This document shows, one piece after another, positions 44,601-56,760 of a DNA stretch of 64,000 nucleotides (positions are counted from its first letter, which is position 1; each line of letters starts with the position of its first letter). Source of the DNA: Chrysemys picta bellii (Eukaryota); contig NC_088807.1 of the NCBI RefSeq assembly GCF_011386835.1, positions 18,910,001 to 18,974,000 on the forward strand, read 5' to 3'. The position numbers and the translations under genes were made by a program. The notes under the pieces were generated by a model, which ran no database searches, had not been told where the DNA came from, and worked only from the letters and a program-made list of their open reading frames with translations.

Positions 44601-47600
44601 AGGGAGAGAACCCAGGAGTCCTGGCTCCCAGCCCCCCTGCTCTGACCACTAGACCCCACTCCCCTTCCAGAGCCAGGAAGAGAATCCAGGAGTCCTGGCT
44701 CCCAGCCCCTCCGCTCTGACCACTAGACCCCATTCCCCTTCCAGAGCGCTGGACAGAACCAAAGCTTGACGCTCAAATTGCTCCATCCACCACTAAAAGC
44801 TGCAGGTTGGGGTGAGGCAGGTGCTTAACGGCCATTTGGGACAGGAAGTGATGGGGGAACTGGTGGAGAGCGTGTGGATTTAGGGAGGGGAAAGGGGATG
44901 ATCCAAGATGGGATTGGGCCCAGCCACCAGGGTTCATGCCCCTAACAGGGGAAAGCTGGGGAGTTCACCTGCTAAGCACTTCCAAGTGCATGCGAGGGGG
45001 GCACGCAACCAGGAGACCACCCAACAGCACCCAGGAGGTGCTACAGAACACGAGTGAAACCAACCCTGGCCCTCAGTGGGACTGAAACTGGCCAGGAGTG
45101 AAACTGACCCTGGCTCCCAGTGGGACTGAAACTCACCAGGAGCGAAACTGACCCTCCCATGCAGAGGGACTGAAACTGACCAGGAGCGAAACTGACCTGG
45201 GTACCCAGCGGGACTGAAACTGATCAGGAGCAAAACCAACCCTGGCACTCAGAGTGACTGAAATTGACCAGAAGCGAAACTGACTGGAAAGTTCACCCCC
45301 TTTTAAAAGCATCCTTTCCCTGGAGGAGAGAAAAGCCCTTCGAGGCGATGGCGAGCAGTGAGTGGAGTTAGCGCTGATCTAGTCGGGGGTGGGGGTTAGT
45401 GCAGTGGGGGAGGGGGAAGGCCGGCCCCCGCTCCCCTCAGGGGGAGGGTGTTAGATCCTCCGGGGTCGGCTCTAACCTTGTCGTGCTCCTCTTTGCTCAA
45501 GCTAAGAGCAAGCTGGAGCTGCAGGTCCTCTTCAGCGACGGCGACGGGGGGCTGGCGGGGGCGGAGAGAGCAGAGAATGAAGGCGCAGCAGGGCACACAC
45601 CCACACCGGGGGGGGGGGGGGAAGGACAGGAGAGGGGCGAGGCGAGGCTTGGTCCATGGATAGGAAAGCAGACAGGACCAGGTGGGCCCGTGACCCCCCC
45701 CCCAATGTCCCCCTGGGAGCTAGATGCACAAACAAAGGGGGAAATGCAGGGGAGGTGAGAAAGAAAGGGCAGCAGACGGGGAAGGGGCGTGGGGGGGGGG
45801 CCCATGGTGCCGGGCCCAGGCAGGCAGGGCAGTGGGTGGGGGGCAGAGGATGGGGGCGCAGGCAGACACGGCAGTGGAGGTGCAGGAAGGGGATGGATGG
45901 CTCTATTTTGGGAGAGCCCCTCTAAGCAGACAAGTCGCGGCCTGGTCCAGGGGAGCGAATCGGCTTGTAAGGGGATGGGGAGGAGGCTGAGCTGGGGTGA
46001 ATGAGGGGGGGCTGTACAGGACCCTGTCTGATGCAGAGAGGATCAGGGGGCCGACCCTCCCCATCTACAGCCCCTGCTGGGTGGGAGTGAACGTAGCTTT
46101 GAACAGGCTCTGGTCCTTTGCTCCGCAGCACTGTGGAAGTTTATTGGAGGGCCTGGGGACCGTACCCCCATTGTGTGCAGATGTCTCCCAAGACCTGTGT
46201 ACCTAAAGCAGCCCAGGATCTCAGATAACCCAGGCCACAAAGAGACACGCCCCAGCTGAGATGCTATGAACAACCCTCCCCACCCAGCCGGCTTTCCCTG
46301 GCCCCCACCCCACTGTACCTGCCCTCCCCTGCCCCAACACCTGTGCAGGGGAAGGGCCAGAATTCAGCCCCACCGATACGCTGAGCAAATACAGGCTTGC
46401 TCCTCTGTGGGGGACTGGCTGGCTTTGGGGGGCAGGGAACGGGGCATGGGGTCTTTCCCCTCTAGTGGGTGCCAGCCATGATCTGGTCCCAGGGCAGGGA
46501 GTGGCTGGCTCAGGTGGACGAGAAATGGGGCACAGGGCCTCTCCCCAATAGGAGATGCCGGTCCCGCTCTGGCAGCACCGAACCAACCCCTGCCATCAGG
46601 GAGACGAGCTGGGCTGGTCCCAGCCTTGCACCCAGTGTCAGAGGCAGCCTGGCCACGATCAGGGGCTAACGGGCCTCCCCCCCAGGATGGCAGCAGGGAG
46701 GCCAAGGGCTGGACGCCACCCTGGGAGCAGACGCCCTCGGGGGGGGGGGGGGACAATCGCAGCCGGTCCCGGCCCGACCAACGCCCCGTGGAGCCGCCAC
46801 GGGGGCCCCATCTCGATCGGCGTCTCAGCCCCAGCCGCGCCAACCCCCCTCCCCCCCGTGCCCCGCAGCCGCCGCTCCAGATTTACCTTGCTCCTTACCT
46901 GCTCCGCTTCTTCCTTGCTCATGGCCAGCGCCAGCTGCAGCTGCAGCTCCTCCTCGCCGCTGCTCTGCGGCCAGGCCTGCTCCGCCTCTGCCGGGGCACT
47001 AGCGGCTGAGGCCGAGGAGGCTGTGGGGGAGAAAGGGTTAAACTGTTAGCCAAGGGCTCAGAGCAATGCGGCCCCTCTGGGGTGGGGCCCGGGGGCTGGG
47101 TACCCGGGGACCCCTTGCCTGGTGCTGGGACGCGGCCCCTCTGGGGTGGGGCACGGGGCCTGGGTATACGGGGACCCCTCACCTGGCACTGGGACACGGC
47201 TCCTCTGGGGTGGGGCCCGGGGGCTGGGTACCCGGGGACCCCTCGCCTGGTGCTGGGACACGGCTCCTCTGGGGTGGGGCCCGGGGCCTGGGTATACGGG
47301 GACCCCTCACCTGGCACTGGGACACGGCTCCTCTGGGGTGGGGCGCAGGGGCTGGGTATACGGGGACCCAGCCCAGGGAGAGAAGAGGAGGCCCGAGGGT
47401 GTGGGAAGGAGCACCAGGAAAACCAGCCCTGGGGCTTTATTTTTATTCTCCGAGCGAAGCAGGGACACCCTGGGGCTGGGGCTGGGCCGTGGGGCCGGGG
47501 CTGGGCCGTGGGGCCGGGGCTGGGCCGTGGGGCCCAGGAAGCAGCTGGCCTGGCCTGGCTGGTAAACAAACAGCCGGGGGACCAGCTGGCGTCTGTGCTG

Positions 47601-50600
47601 GCTCCTGGCCACAGGCTCCCCAGGGCAGCCAAACAACCCCCGGACCAGCAACGGTCCAGTGGGAGGGAGGGGACGCTGGGTCAGGGGTACAATCCCCCTC
47701 ATCCCCCCACAGACTCCCGCCCCACTCCCATCCCCCACCGAATCCCCGCCCCCTACTCCCATCCCCCCCAGAACCCCCTCACTCCCATTCCTCACTCCTA
47801 TCCCCCCAGAACCCCCGCCCTCCCATCCCCCCCAGAACCCCCTCGCTCCCATCCCCCCCCCAGAACCCCCTCGCTCCCATTCCTCACTCCCATCCCCCCA
47901 GAACCCCCGCCCTCCCATCCCCCCAGAACCCCCTCGCTCCCATCCCCCCCCAGAACCCCCTCGCTCCCATTCCTCACTCCCATCCCCCCAGAACCCCCGC
48001 CCTCCCATCCCCCCAGAACCCCCTCGCTCCCGTCCCCCCACACGCAGACCCCCCACCTGCTGTCCCCCACCCATTCCAATCAACAGCCCCCCCTCCCCTT
48101 CCCCCCCCCCCCACACACAGTTATTCCAGGGGCTGCGGGTCGGGAGCGAGGGGCTTGACTCCAAATATATGTTATTGTTATTAGCGCCATGGACCATGTG
48201 GGAGGGAGGTGGGTGCAGGGGTGTGTGTATAGGGGGGTGCGTGGGGTGGTGCGGGGTGTGTGTGCGCATATGGGGGGGGCCACGGGTTGCATGGGGGGGG
48301 GTTGTAGCACCTGCTCTCTCACCCACAAACCCAGCTCACACCTCGGCCTGGCCCTCATCCCCCGCCCGTCCCCCTACCAGGGCTGGCTCGAGACCCCGGT
48401 GCCACCGCCTGAGCCCCGCCCCCAACCGGTGCTGGGGAGGGGAGTCACGGCAGTGCCAAGGGACAGGCAGGCTCCACTCCCCCGCAGACACCCTGGCACC
48501 AGCTGTCAGCCCTGGTTAGCCGCCCTGCTGAACGGACGCTCTCCCTCGCATGAAGCCTGCGCCCCCGGTGGGAGGTGCCCGGGTCTGCCCCGAGATCTGC
48601 CCCAATGAGCCGACTGCCCCCCAGGCCAGTGAACTGATCGGGGGGGGGGAGAGGGAGGACTGAGAAACAGAGGGGGCAGCTCTGCTGGGGGGGCAGAGCC
48701 ACATACCCCACAGAGGGATGACGAACGCAGAGGAGCGGACCGAGGGGGACGTGACGGGGGGCCCTGGCTGTAGGGCTGGACGGGGGAAGGAGCACCAGGA
48801 GCCATCAAGGGGGGCAGAATGGTGTTACTGTCTCTTTAAGGGCTGGCCGTTCCCCTCCCCGCCCTTATCAGCGCTGGCTGGCAGAGGGGCACGAAGGTCG
48901 CTGGCAGCTCAGCCCCGATAAGAGCCCGTGGGGCAGGGCCTGGGGGAAGGGACACGTGTGTTCACCCCTTGGCTGCTACCCACTGCGGGCTGGGCGAGCA
49001 GGGGCTGCAGGTGGGGAGTGAGGGGCACCAGCAGGGCTGGGGGGAGGGGCTCACTCAGCTGCTGTGCTGGCTGGGAGGGGTGCCATGTGGGAAGCAGGGG
49101 GCGGAGCCAGCAGGGGTGAAAGTTCAGCAGATGGGCAGTGGATGGCACAGCCTCTGATTGGCTCCAGGCCCTGCCTGTCTGCACCCTACATGTCCCACCC
49201 CCCTCAGGGTGGGGCACAGCACCATCTCCTCCAGTTGGGGCAAGATCAGCCCCCGCCCCCCGCCCCTCACTCGCAGGCTCCGGCGCCCCAGGGCGAACCC
49301 TGTGGGCAGTGACCGGGGCAGCGCTGGGGGGTTCAGCCGCTGGGCAGGGAACCCGGAGCTGCCTGGGCCAGTGGAGGGCAGAGGGGGCCCTACACACAGT
49401 CCGTCCATCCCCCCACCGGAACCGCACCTGTGCCCCACAGCCACCACCCAGAGCCTCAGATCCCCCCCAAGCCCCACAGCTGTCACCTGCCCCCCCCCCA
49501 GGCCACCCCCGTGAGCCCCACAGCCGTCACCCAGCCCTCCTGAACCTGAGCCACCCTCCCGAGCCCCACAGCCATGACCTGCCCCCCGAACCTCAGAGCC
49601 GCCCCCCGAGCCCCACAGCTTTCACCCGCTCCCCAGAGCCCCCCAACCATCACCAGCCCCCAAGCTGCCTCCTGAACCCCACAGCTGTCGCCAGCCCCCC
49701 AACAGTCACAAGCCCCCCCATAACCTCAGAGCCCCCCCCAGCCCCACAGAAGTCACCAGCCACCCCAATCCTCAGAGCCACCTCCCCCCTACCTCACAGC
49801 CACCACCCTCCCTCTGAACTGCCCCCCAAGTGCCCAAACCTCAGAGCTGAAGGGCGGGTGGGGCCCCGGGGCAAGCAAGGCCCGGTTTAGGACAGGAAGC
49901 GAGGGAGGACCCCAGCTCCAGCCAAGCCAGGATCTGAGCGAGGTCCTGGGGGAAAAGGCACCAAGATGGGGGACAGAGCAGGGACCGCCCACCAGCCCCG
50001 GCTCACCCGTGGAGGTCTGCGCCAGCTTCTCCTTGGTCTTGAGGGCATGGGCCCGCTCCTCCTTGAGCCGCTCGTCGTCCCGGAGCAGGGCCACCAGCTG
50101 CTTGGCCTTCTCCCGCACGTTGACACCCTGGTCCTTGCCATCGCGGTCGACGTACTGGAAATCCTTCAGCGTCTGGATGGCGTAGATGTTCTCCTTGCAC
50201 TGCTGGGCCACACGCTCCGAGCCCGTCTTGATGAGGTACTCCATCAGCGTCATGGCCTGGGGGGGCAGGCCAGCCTCAGCCACGCAGCCCACTCACCGCC
50301 CTCCCCCCCCCGCCCTGCCACCCACGGCCCCTCTGTCCGCCTCCATCCAGCCCTCCCCTACAACCGCAGTCCCCAAATACACCACACAGCTCCCACACAT
50401 CCACCCAAACACCCCACACCCACAGCCCACCTGCCTACCAAGTCACAGAGCCGCTCCTCATACTCCACCCCTTCCCAGGCAAAGGGCACACAGGAGAGGA
50501 GTGGGGGCTAGTGGTTAGAGCAGGGGGCTGGAAGCCAGGACTCCTGGGTTCATTCCCCAGCTCTCAGGGTGGGGGATCAGTGGTTAGAGCAGGGGGGCTG

Positions 50601-50980
50601 GGTTCTATCCCCAGCTCTGGGGATTAGAGGTGGGGCCAGTGGTTAGAGCAGGGGGCTGGGAGCCAGGACTCCTGTGTTTGCTCCCCGGCTCTGGGGGGTG
50701 GGGGGCCAGTGGTTAGCGCAGGGGGTGGGAGCCAGGGCCCTGGGGGCAGCACCTTGTAGACGTGGCGCCAGTTCTTGCCGTGGTCGTTGAGCCGTTTCCA
50801 GATCATACTCATAATCTCGGAGAAGGCCACCACGTTGTAGGTGAGGTCGGCAATCTCCGACATGAGCGAGCTGGACGGGCCCCAGGGGTCGTTGGACGTG
50901 GCCTCCCGCACCTTGATCTCCGCCTCCGAGTAGTTGTGGACGATGTTTTTCATCTGGCGCCGCAGCGATGAGGTTGACAT
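38630..50980 (-). CDS. EPN1: Epsin-1 (ENTH, 3 UIM, DPW and NPF motifs), complete CDS
   Basis: Exons 50980-50753 ([33 protein letters not shown]), 50256-50007, 47020-46899, 45551-45477, 42515-42426, 41490-41199, 40284-40117, 39887-39807, 39407-39171, 38970-38630, in frame. 8 DPW, clathrin boxes LMDLA/LVDLD, 3 NPF. AATAAA on minus at 37572-37577. Confidence 0.95.
41633..42168. mobile_element. hAT-type MITE in an EPN1 intron
   Basis: TIRs CAGGGGTGGGCAAACT / AGTTTGCCCACCCCTG; degenerate 8-bp flanks ACCTAGAT / AGCTCGAC. Confidence 0.8.
44455..44750 (-). repeat. Tandem array of ~74-bp tRNA-derived SINE-head units (representative of >=15 such arrays in the window)
   Basis: Unit TCTAGTGGTCAGAGCAGGGGGCTGGGAGCCAGGACTCCTGGGTTCTCTCCC with A- and B-box-like segments. 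Similar arrays near 3790, 9660, 13200, 14425, 16000, 23555, 23905, 39010, 39945, 42770, 50500, 51360, 55490. Confidence 0.75.
45040..45290. repeat. Degenerate tandem repeat rich in GAAACTGA
   Basis: gggactgaaactgaccaggagcgaaactgacc units, about 5. Confidence 0.75.
47070..47370. repeat. 64-bp VNTR x~5 in an EPN1 intron
   Basis: ggggacccct recurs at ~47106, 47170, 47234, 47298. Related units at ~5520-5620 and, inverted, ~52140-52280. Confidence 0.9.
47700..48040. repeat. CATCCCCCCAGAACCCCC C-rich VNTR
   Basis: Repeated motif. Confidence 0.85.
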
Positions 50981-51284
50981 GGCGGGGGTGGGACGGGGGA
51001 GCGGCCCGGCAGCGGGGCGGCTTCTGATCCCAGTCCTGGGGGGGTGGGGGGGGGCGTGAAAGCTCCCTGTGTCTGTGCAATGAGGGGGGACCCCGATCCC
51101 AGTCTGGGCAGAAAAGCCCGTGTCTGTGCAATGGGGGGCCCCGGATCCCAGTCCTGGGGGGGGGGGGCAGGAAACCCCCTGTGTCTGTGCAATGGGGTGG
51201 AGCTGGCACCAGCGGGCGACAGGGAGGTGGTCAGGCTGCTATCTGTGCCCGGGACGGCACGGGTGAGCCGGGCCTGAGCCGCAT
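50981..51284 (-). other. EPN1: EPN1 5' UTR part of the first coding exon
   Basis: Acceptor tctctctgtcttgcAG at 51285-51286; no intervening splice site seen before the ATG at 50980. Confidence 0.6.
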
Positions 51285-51979
51285 CTGCAAGACAGAGAGA
51301 GCGAGATCAGTGATTCAAAACACCCAGAGCAGGGCCTGAGGCTGGCATGAGATGCAGCAAGAGGGGCTGGGAGCCAGGACTCCTGGGTTCTCTTCCTGAC
51401 TCTGGAAGGGGAGTGGGGTCTAGTGGTCAGAGCAGGGGGGCTGGGAGCCAGGACTCCTGGGTTCTCTCCCTGGCTCTGGGAGGGGAGTGGGGTATAGTTA
51501 AGAGCAGGGGGGCTGGGAGCCAGGACTCCTGGGTTCTCTCCCCAGCTCTGGGAGGGGAGTGGGGTCTAGTTAGAGCAGAGGAGCTGGGAGCCAGGACTCC
51601 TGGGTTCTCTCCTCAGCTCTGGGAGGAGTGTGGTGGCTGGTGGTTAGAGCAGGGGGGCTGGGAGCCAGAATTCTGACATCGGTCCCTCCTCGCAGGGAGC
51701 GCGTATGGAGGGAGGGCTGGCGGGGAGGGACCGACCCCAGAGAGAACATGCCCAGCCGCCCGACGGGAGATGACCCCCCAGACAGCAGGAAGAGCCAGCT
51801 GCCAACCTCTAGCGTCCCCAGTAGAGGGGTGCCAAGGGCAGCCAGAATTCAGCCCCTTTGGGGACGGGCAATGGACCCCCATTGAAAGGCCCTGAGAAAG
51901 GAAGGGACATGGCGGGTCTAGGGGTGCCGGGCTGCAGAGCTCCACCCTCCAGTCAGTGCTGGGGCATAAGAGCGGCCAG

Positions 51980-52100
51980 GCTGGGTCACACCAAAGGCCC
52001 ATCTAGCCCAGTGGCCGATGCCAAGTGCATGAGAGGGAATGAACAGAACAGGGAATCGAGTGATCCATCCTGTCGCGCATTCCCAGCTGCTGGCAAAAGG
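51980..52100 (-). mobile_element. CR1-like 3' fragment
   Basis: cataagagcggccaggctgggtcacaccaaaggcccatctagcccag resembles the reverse complement of reptilian CR1 3' ends (recalled). Confidence 0.5.
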
Positions 52101-54169
52101 GGTCGGCAGGTAACCAGCCGTGTCACAGCCTGCGGCAGGAAGTGTCCAGATAACCAGCCCCAACCCCAGAGGGGCCGTTGTCCCAGCGCCGGGCGAGGTG
52201 TCCCCGTATAACCAGCCCCAGCCCCACCCCAGAGGAGCTGCATCTTTGTGCCAGGCAAGGGGTCCCCAGATAACCAGCCTCCACGCCCCAGCCCAGAGGC
52301 AGCCGCATCTCCATGCCCTGCGGAGCGCCCGGGGACGGTGGCCGCGGCACCAAGCAGAGTGTGGCGCAGCGGAGGGGAGGAAGGAAATCTCCGGGCGTCC
52401 TGGCGCCATGACTCACGTCTCAGAAATGCAGAAGGCCTCACTTCCTTCCCCTCTGGCTGCTCCCGGCTGGGACGAGAAGACCCGTGGGGCTGTAGACCAC
52501 CAGGGGGAGGAATTCAGGTGACACCCCCCCCTCCATCAGAGCCGGCACAATGACCCAGCGGTGCTCCTGGGACTGGGCTGAGGGGCCAATGAACCAGGGG
52601 ACCCCTCTCCGTGTTCCTGTGCAGCACCCCCACCCCACTGCTGCCTGAGGCAGGGCAGCTCTCTGGGCTGGGGGCTGCAGCCACTGATGCACCTGTCTAC
52701 ATTGAGAGGGGCCAGGGATAGATCCCAGGAATCCAGGCGGCCTGTCTCCCTGCTCTAACCACCAGACTGCACGGCAAGTCGGGGAAGGCAAGTCAAACGC
52801 TGACGGCGGAACAGACAGGCGAGCGCATCCCTGTGGCCGTTGAAGGGACAGGGTAGGCGGGGGTCAGTTCAAAGGACAGGGGCTCCCCATGTTAAGGTGG
52901 CCCCAAGTGACAAGCCAGGCCCTCCCCTACTAAGCCCCACAGGGTTCAGTTCAGAAAACACCCCCGCATCCCATTCCTAGAGCTTGTTGTTTATATTCTG
53001 GTAGTGACTTGAGATCCTAATGAAGATCGGGGCCCTGTCCTGCCAGGTGCTGCCCAGATCCAGAGTCACTGAGATCGGGGCCCCGTCGGGCCGGGCACTG
53101 CCCAGACCCACAGTCGCCAAGATTGGGGCCCCGTCAGGCTGGGCGCTGCCCAGACACAGAGTCGCCGAGATCACCCTAGGCCTCCTACCCACTGGACCAC
53201 CCCAGCCTGAAAACCCCTATAACCACACACTGCTGGGAGGTCTTGTCTCAGCTCTTCCCTGACCCGTGCACCACCAGGCCAACCCCAGGGGTCTCTGGTG
53301 CCAGATCCAACCCCCACCCAGCTCTGGGGAGCAGGAACCCCACCCGTTGCCCATCCAGGGTGCGCACCGAGGAGCCAAACAGGCTCTGGTCAGTTTCGGG
53401 GCAGCTGTGAAATTGACCAGGGCGGTGGGTGCAAGGACGGCTGATACAGGCTGGGGGGAGGCAGGAAAGACCTCCCCACTAGCCAGCCTGGCTGCTCACA
53501 TCAGACCCTCGCTAGCCAGAGGCCCACGGGCCAGATGGGCGCCCTAAAGCTGCACCCGAGGGAACTCCCAAGCACCAGCTGGCAGGGCGAGCGCTGTGGC
53601 TACCAGGTGCCTGCTCAGATTTAAGGCCCTGACGTGGCTGGTTTAGAAGTAACCCCCCTCCCAGCTCTGCCACGACCCCTAAAGAGGCAGTGGGAAGTAC
53701 CTCGTGCCCCACGCCCGGCGAGGGGTGGGAGCAACGGAGACAGCAGCAGCTGATGAGACGCGAGCCGAGGTATGTCCAGCCCTGCCCCAGTCCCCTCTGT
53801 ACCCCGCCAGCTGCCCGCAGCCCCCAGGTGGCTGCGGCCAGATCGCTGTCTGGATGGGGTGGGAGCAGGTGGGTATGCACCAGCACAAAGACACTTCCAG
53901 GATGCACTCGCGGGGGGGTGGGAGGGGAGGGGGAGAGGATGTAATAAATCATCCAGGCCTTATATCACCCCACGGGGCAGCTGGCCCCGCTGCAGTGCCA
54001 GCGGCACGTATCAGGGCCACACACACACACCCCTACCCTGGGCTGTCACCCGAGAGCCAGACGGGGAGGATCTGGACAGAGCACGGACAAGGAACCATCA
54101 GAGGCACAGTGCTGGGCTGGGGGATTAGAACCACTCCCTGTGCTGGTCAACACCGCTGGCCAGTGGGCC

Positions 54170-54800
54170 CTCCACCTGCCCAGGGTGCCCCGGGCCAGCC
54201 CCACTCTCTCGCCCCCCAAGGATCTCCCGGCCAGGGCATTCCCAGGCCAGCCCCACTCCCCCGCACCCCCACCGGCGGGATCTCCCTGGGCCAGCCCCAC
54301 TTCCCCCTCCCCAGAATCTCCCTGCCCAGGGCGCCCCAAGGCCAGCCCCACTCCCTCGCTGCCTGGGGATTTCCCTGTCCAGGGTACCCCAGGGCCAGCC
54401 CCACTCCTCCCCCACAGTGATCCACCTGCCTAGGGCACCCCCAGGACAGCCCCCCTCCCCGCGCTCTCCCCAGGATCTCCATGCCCAGGACACCCCCGGG
54501 CCAGCCCCCCACCCTCCCGATCTCCCTGTCCAGGGCACTCCTGGGCCAGTCCCCCTCCCCACACCCTGCCCAGGACACCCCCAGGCTAGCCCCACTTCTC
54601 CATCCCCGGGATCTCCCTGCCCAGGACACCCCCAGGCCAGCCCCATTTCTCCATCTTTGGGAATCTCCCTGCCCAGGACACCCTCAGGCCAGCCCCATTT
54701 CTCCATCTCTGGGATCTCCCTGCCCAGGGCCAGCTCCACTCCCTCACAGCACTGTGTCCCCAGGACGCCCTGCAGGCCAATTCCTCCCTAGTTCTGAGCA
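54170..54800. repeat. GGCCAGCCCCACTCCC / TCTCCCTGCCCAGG VNTR in EPN1 intron 1
   Basis: Degenerate tandem units. Confidence 0.75.
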
Positions 54801-56439
54801 CTCCCTCTCCAGGGCCCCACAGACCAGCTGCCCCCAGGCCTGGAGCTGGTCTGAGCAAGTGACTCCACTCCACCCCCTAAGGGGGCTGCAGTGTCCCAGC
54901 AAGATGCCCTCCCACCCCAACCTGGGCACAAGACCGGCCTCTTCTGGATTTCCCCCCACGGCCTCCTCCTTCCCCCACTGCAGCCCTCCCACACCCTGCA
55001 AAGCTGGTGGGGGCGCGAGAGCCTGCCCCTCCACAATGACTGGGGCCCGGATCCCCCAACGGCAGGTAGCACCGGTCTCTTCCCTGCCCTCAGCAGGCTG
55101 CCCCCCGCCCTGAGCCAAAGGCACCAGCCCAACCTCCTCTCCCAGCCCGGCCCTCCTGTGAACTCTGGACAGCACCGTGCGCGCCGCGCTATGGGCCCAG
55201 CAAAGGGGTGACAGGCAGCTGGCTCACAATGACGGGCTCCCTCCTCCCGCTCTCCCCTGCCTGCAAAAAAGCAATCAGAGCACAGGGGCACCCTGTCCCC
55301 ATCCCTGATCGCTGGCAAGGGGCAATGCCCAGGCCCAGAGCCTTCCACGGGAGGATCCCGAAGCACCCGGCCAACATGCAGCGAGGGCGGGGGGGTGGTA
55401 CAAGTCCTGTTTCACAGGTGGGGAAACTGAGACAGAGAAGAGTAGTGACTTGCCTTTAAATTCACAGCAACAAAGCCAGGAGTTAAACCCAGGAGTCTGG
55501 ACTCCCAGGCCCGTCTGCTCTACATACTAGACACCACTCCCCTCCCAGAGCCGAGTAGAGAACCCAGGAGTCCTGGCTCCACCTCACTCCCCTCCCAGAG
55601 CCAAGGAGAGAACCCAGGAGTCCTGGCTCCCAGCCCCCCTGCTCTAACTGCTAGACCCTGCTCCCAGGAGAGCTGACAGCAATGCCAGAGACAAGACTCA
55701 CCCCGCAGGCTTCACCTAGTCGAGAACTCACCTCACGTCTCCCGTTGGGGGTGAGGTGGAAGCCTCTCAGGTCACCCGGACTCCTGGGTCCGCTTCAAGC
55801 CGCACCCAGTCTGCAGTAGGGTGGGGAGGCTGGCGTCCCCTCCTGGCACCTCTCCCCGTTACCGGGGCCTTGGGCCGGCCTGAGCTTCCGTGGGCACCTC
55901 CTGTCTGGATTCAGGCCCCAGCCGGGCGGGCAGGGGGGAGGCAGAAGCGTCCCCCTGGAGATGTCAAGCCCCCCCGCTGCCCTGCCTTGGGTGGGGGTCT
56001 CAGGGGCAGGGAGGGGGTCTCTCGCCCACCTACCCACCCCCACCCCTTACCACCTCTGATCCGCCCCCTACAGCTGGGCTGAGCAGGGGCCCAGGGGGGG
56101 CATGTCTGGGGCCCCTATGCGGGGGGGGGAGGAGGAAGATGCCCCCTTTGCCCCTGTGTTGGGGGGGGGCTCTGGGGGCTGTTTCGCTCTGACTGGGGGG
56201 TTCCCCTCCCCTGGGGGTCCCTAACCCCTGGGCGGGGGGGGGGTCTCTGAGAGCTGGAGGAGGTGGGGGGCTGGGCCCCTCCCTAAGGGGGCCCCTGGGG
56301 GTGGGGATTTCTGGGCCAGTGGGTGGAGCTGTGGGGGGCGGGGAGCTGTGGGGGACCCCTGGGTGGGGGGGGTCCCTGGGGCGGGGGGGGGGGGGGTCTG
56401 GAGCTCTGGCCCCGCCCCACCGGGGGGCCCCGCTGGTTG

Positions 56440-56760
56440 ACGCGCGCGCACGCGGGGGGGCCGCTCTAGCCCGTCTCTATGGGCCCCGGAGGCTCCGCGT
56501 CCCCGCTCGGCGCTGGGCTGGGGCGGCCGCGGCTGCTGGACCCTCCGCACCGGAAGCGGAAGCCGCCGCCCGCCCGGCCCCACTTCCGCCCTCCTCCTCC
56601 CTCCGCAGCGCCGGGCTTCCGCCCTCGCCGTGGCGTCACTTCCGGCCGCGCCCATAGAGACGCGAAGCCCGAGCGGCAGCTCCGCGCCTCGTCCCCCGCC
56701 CGCCCCGGGGGCAGCGCTGCGGCGGGATGTGCGCCCCTTGCCCCGCCCCAGTGACCCCCA
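56440..56760 (-). promoter_or_regulatory. CpG-island promoter and candidate non-coding exon 1 of EPN1
   Basis: Dense CpG, tandem CGGAAGCGGAAG ETS sites, canonical ETS-CRE CCGGAAGTGACGC (minus, 56645-56633), candidate donor CCG|GTGCGG at 56551/56550. Confidence 0.7.

Noticed and set aside
45040-45290. GAAACTGA repeats as interferon-response elements
   Set aside because: They lack the GAAANNGAAA spacing; treated as a VNTR.
47066-48519. Pro-rich ORFs of 290-370 aa
   Set aside because: Two adjacent VNTRs in an EPN1 intron.
51360-51670. tRNA-like A/B boxes
   Set aside because: Tandem degenerate SINE heads without an acceptor stem or anticodon arm; not tRNA genes.
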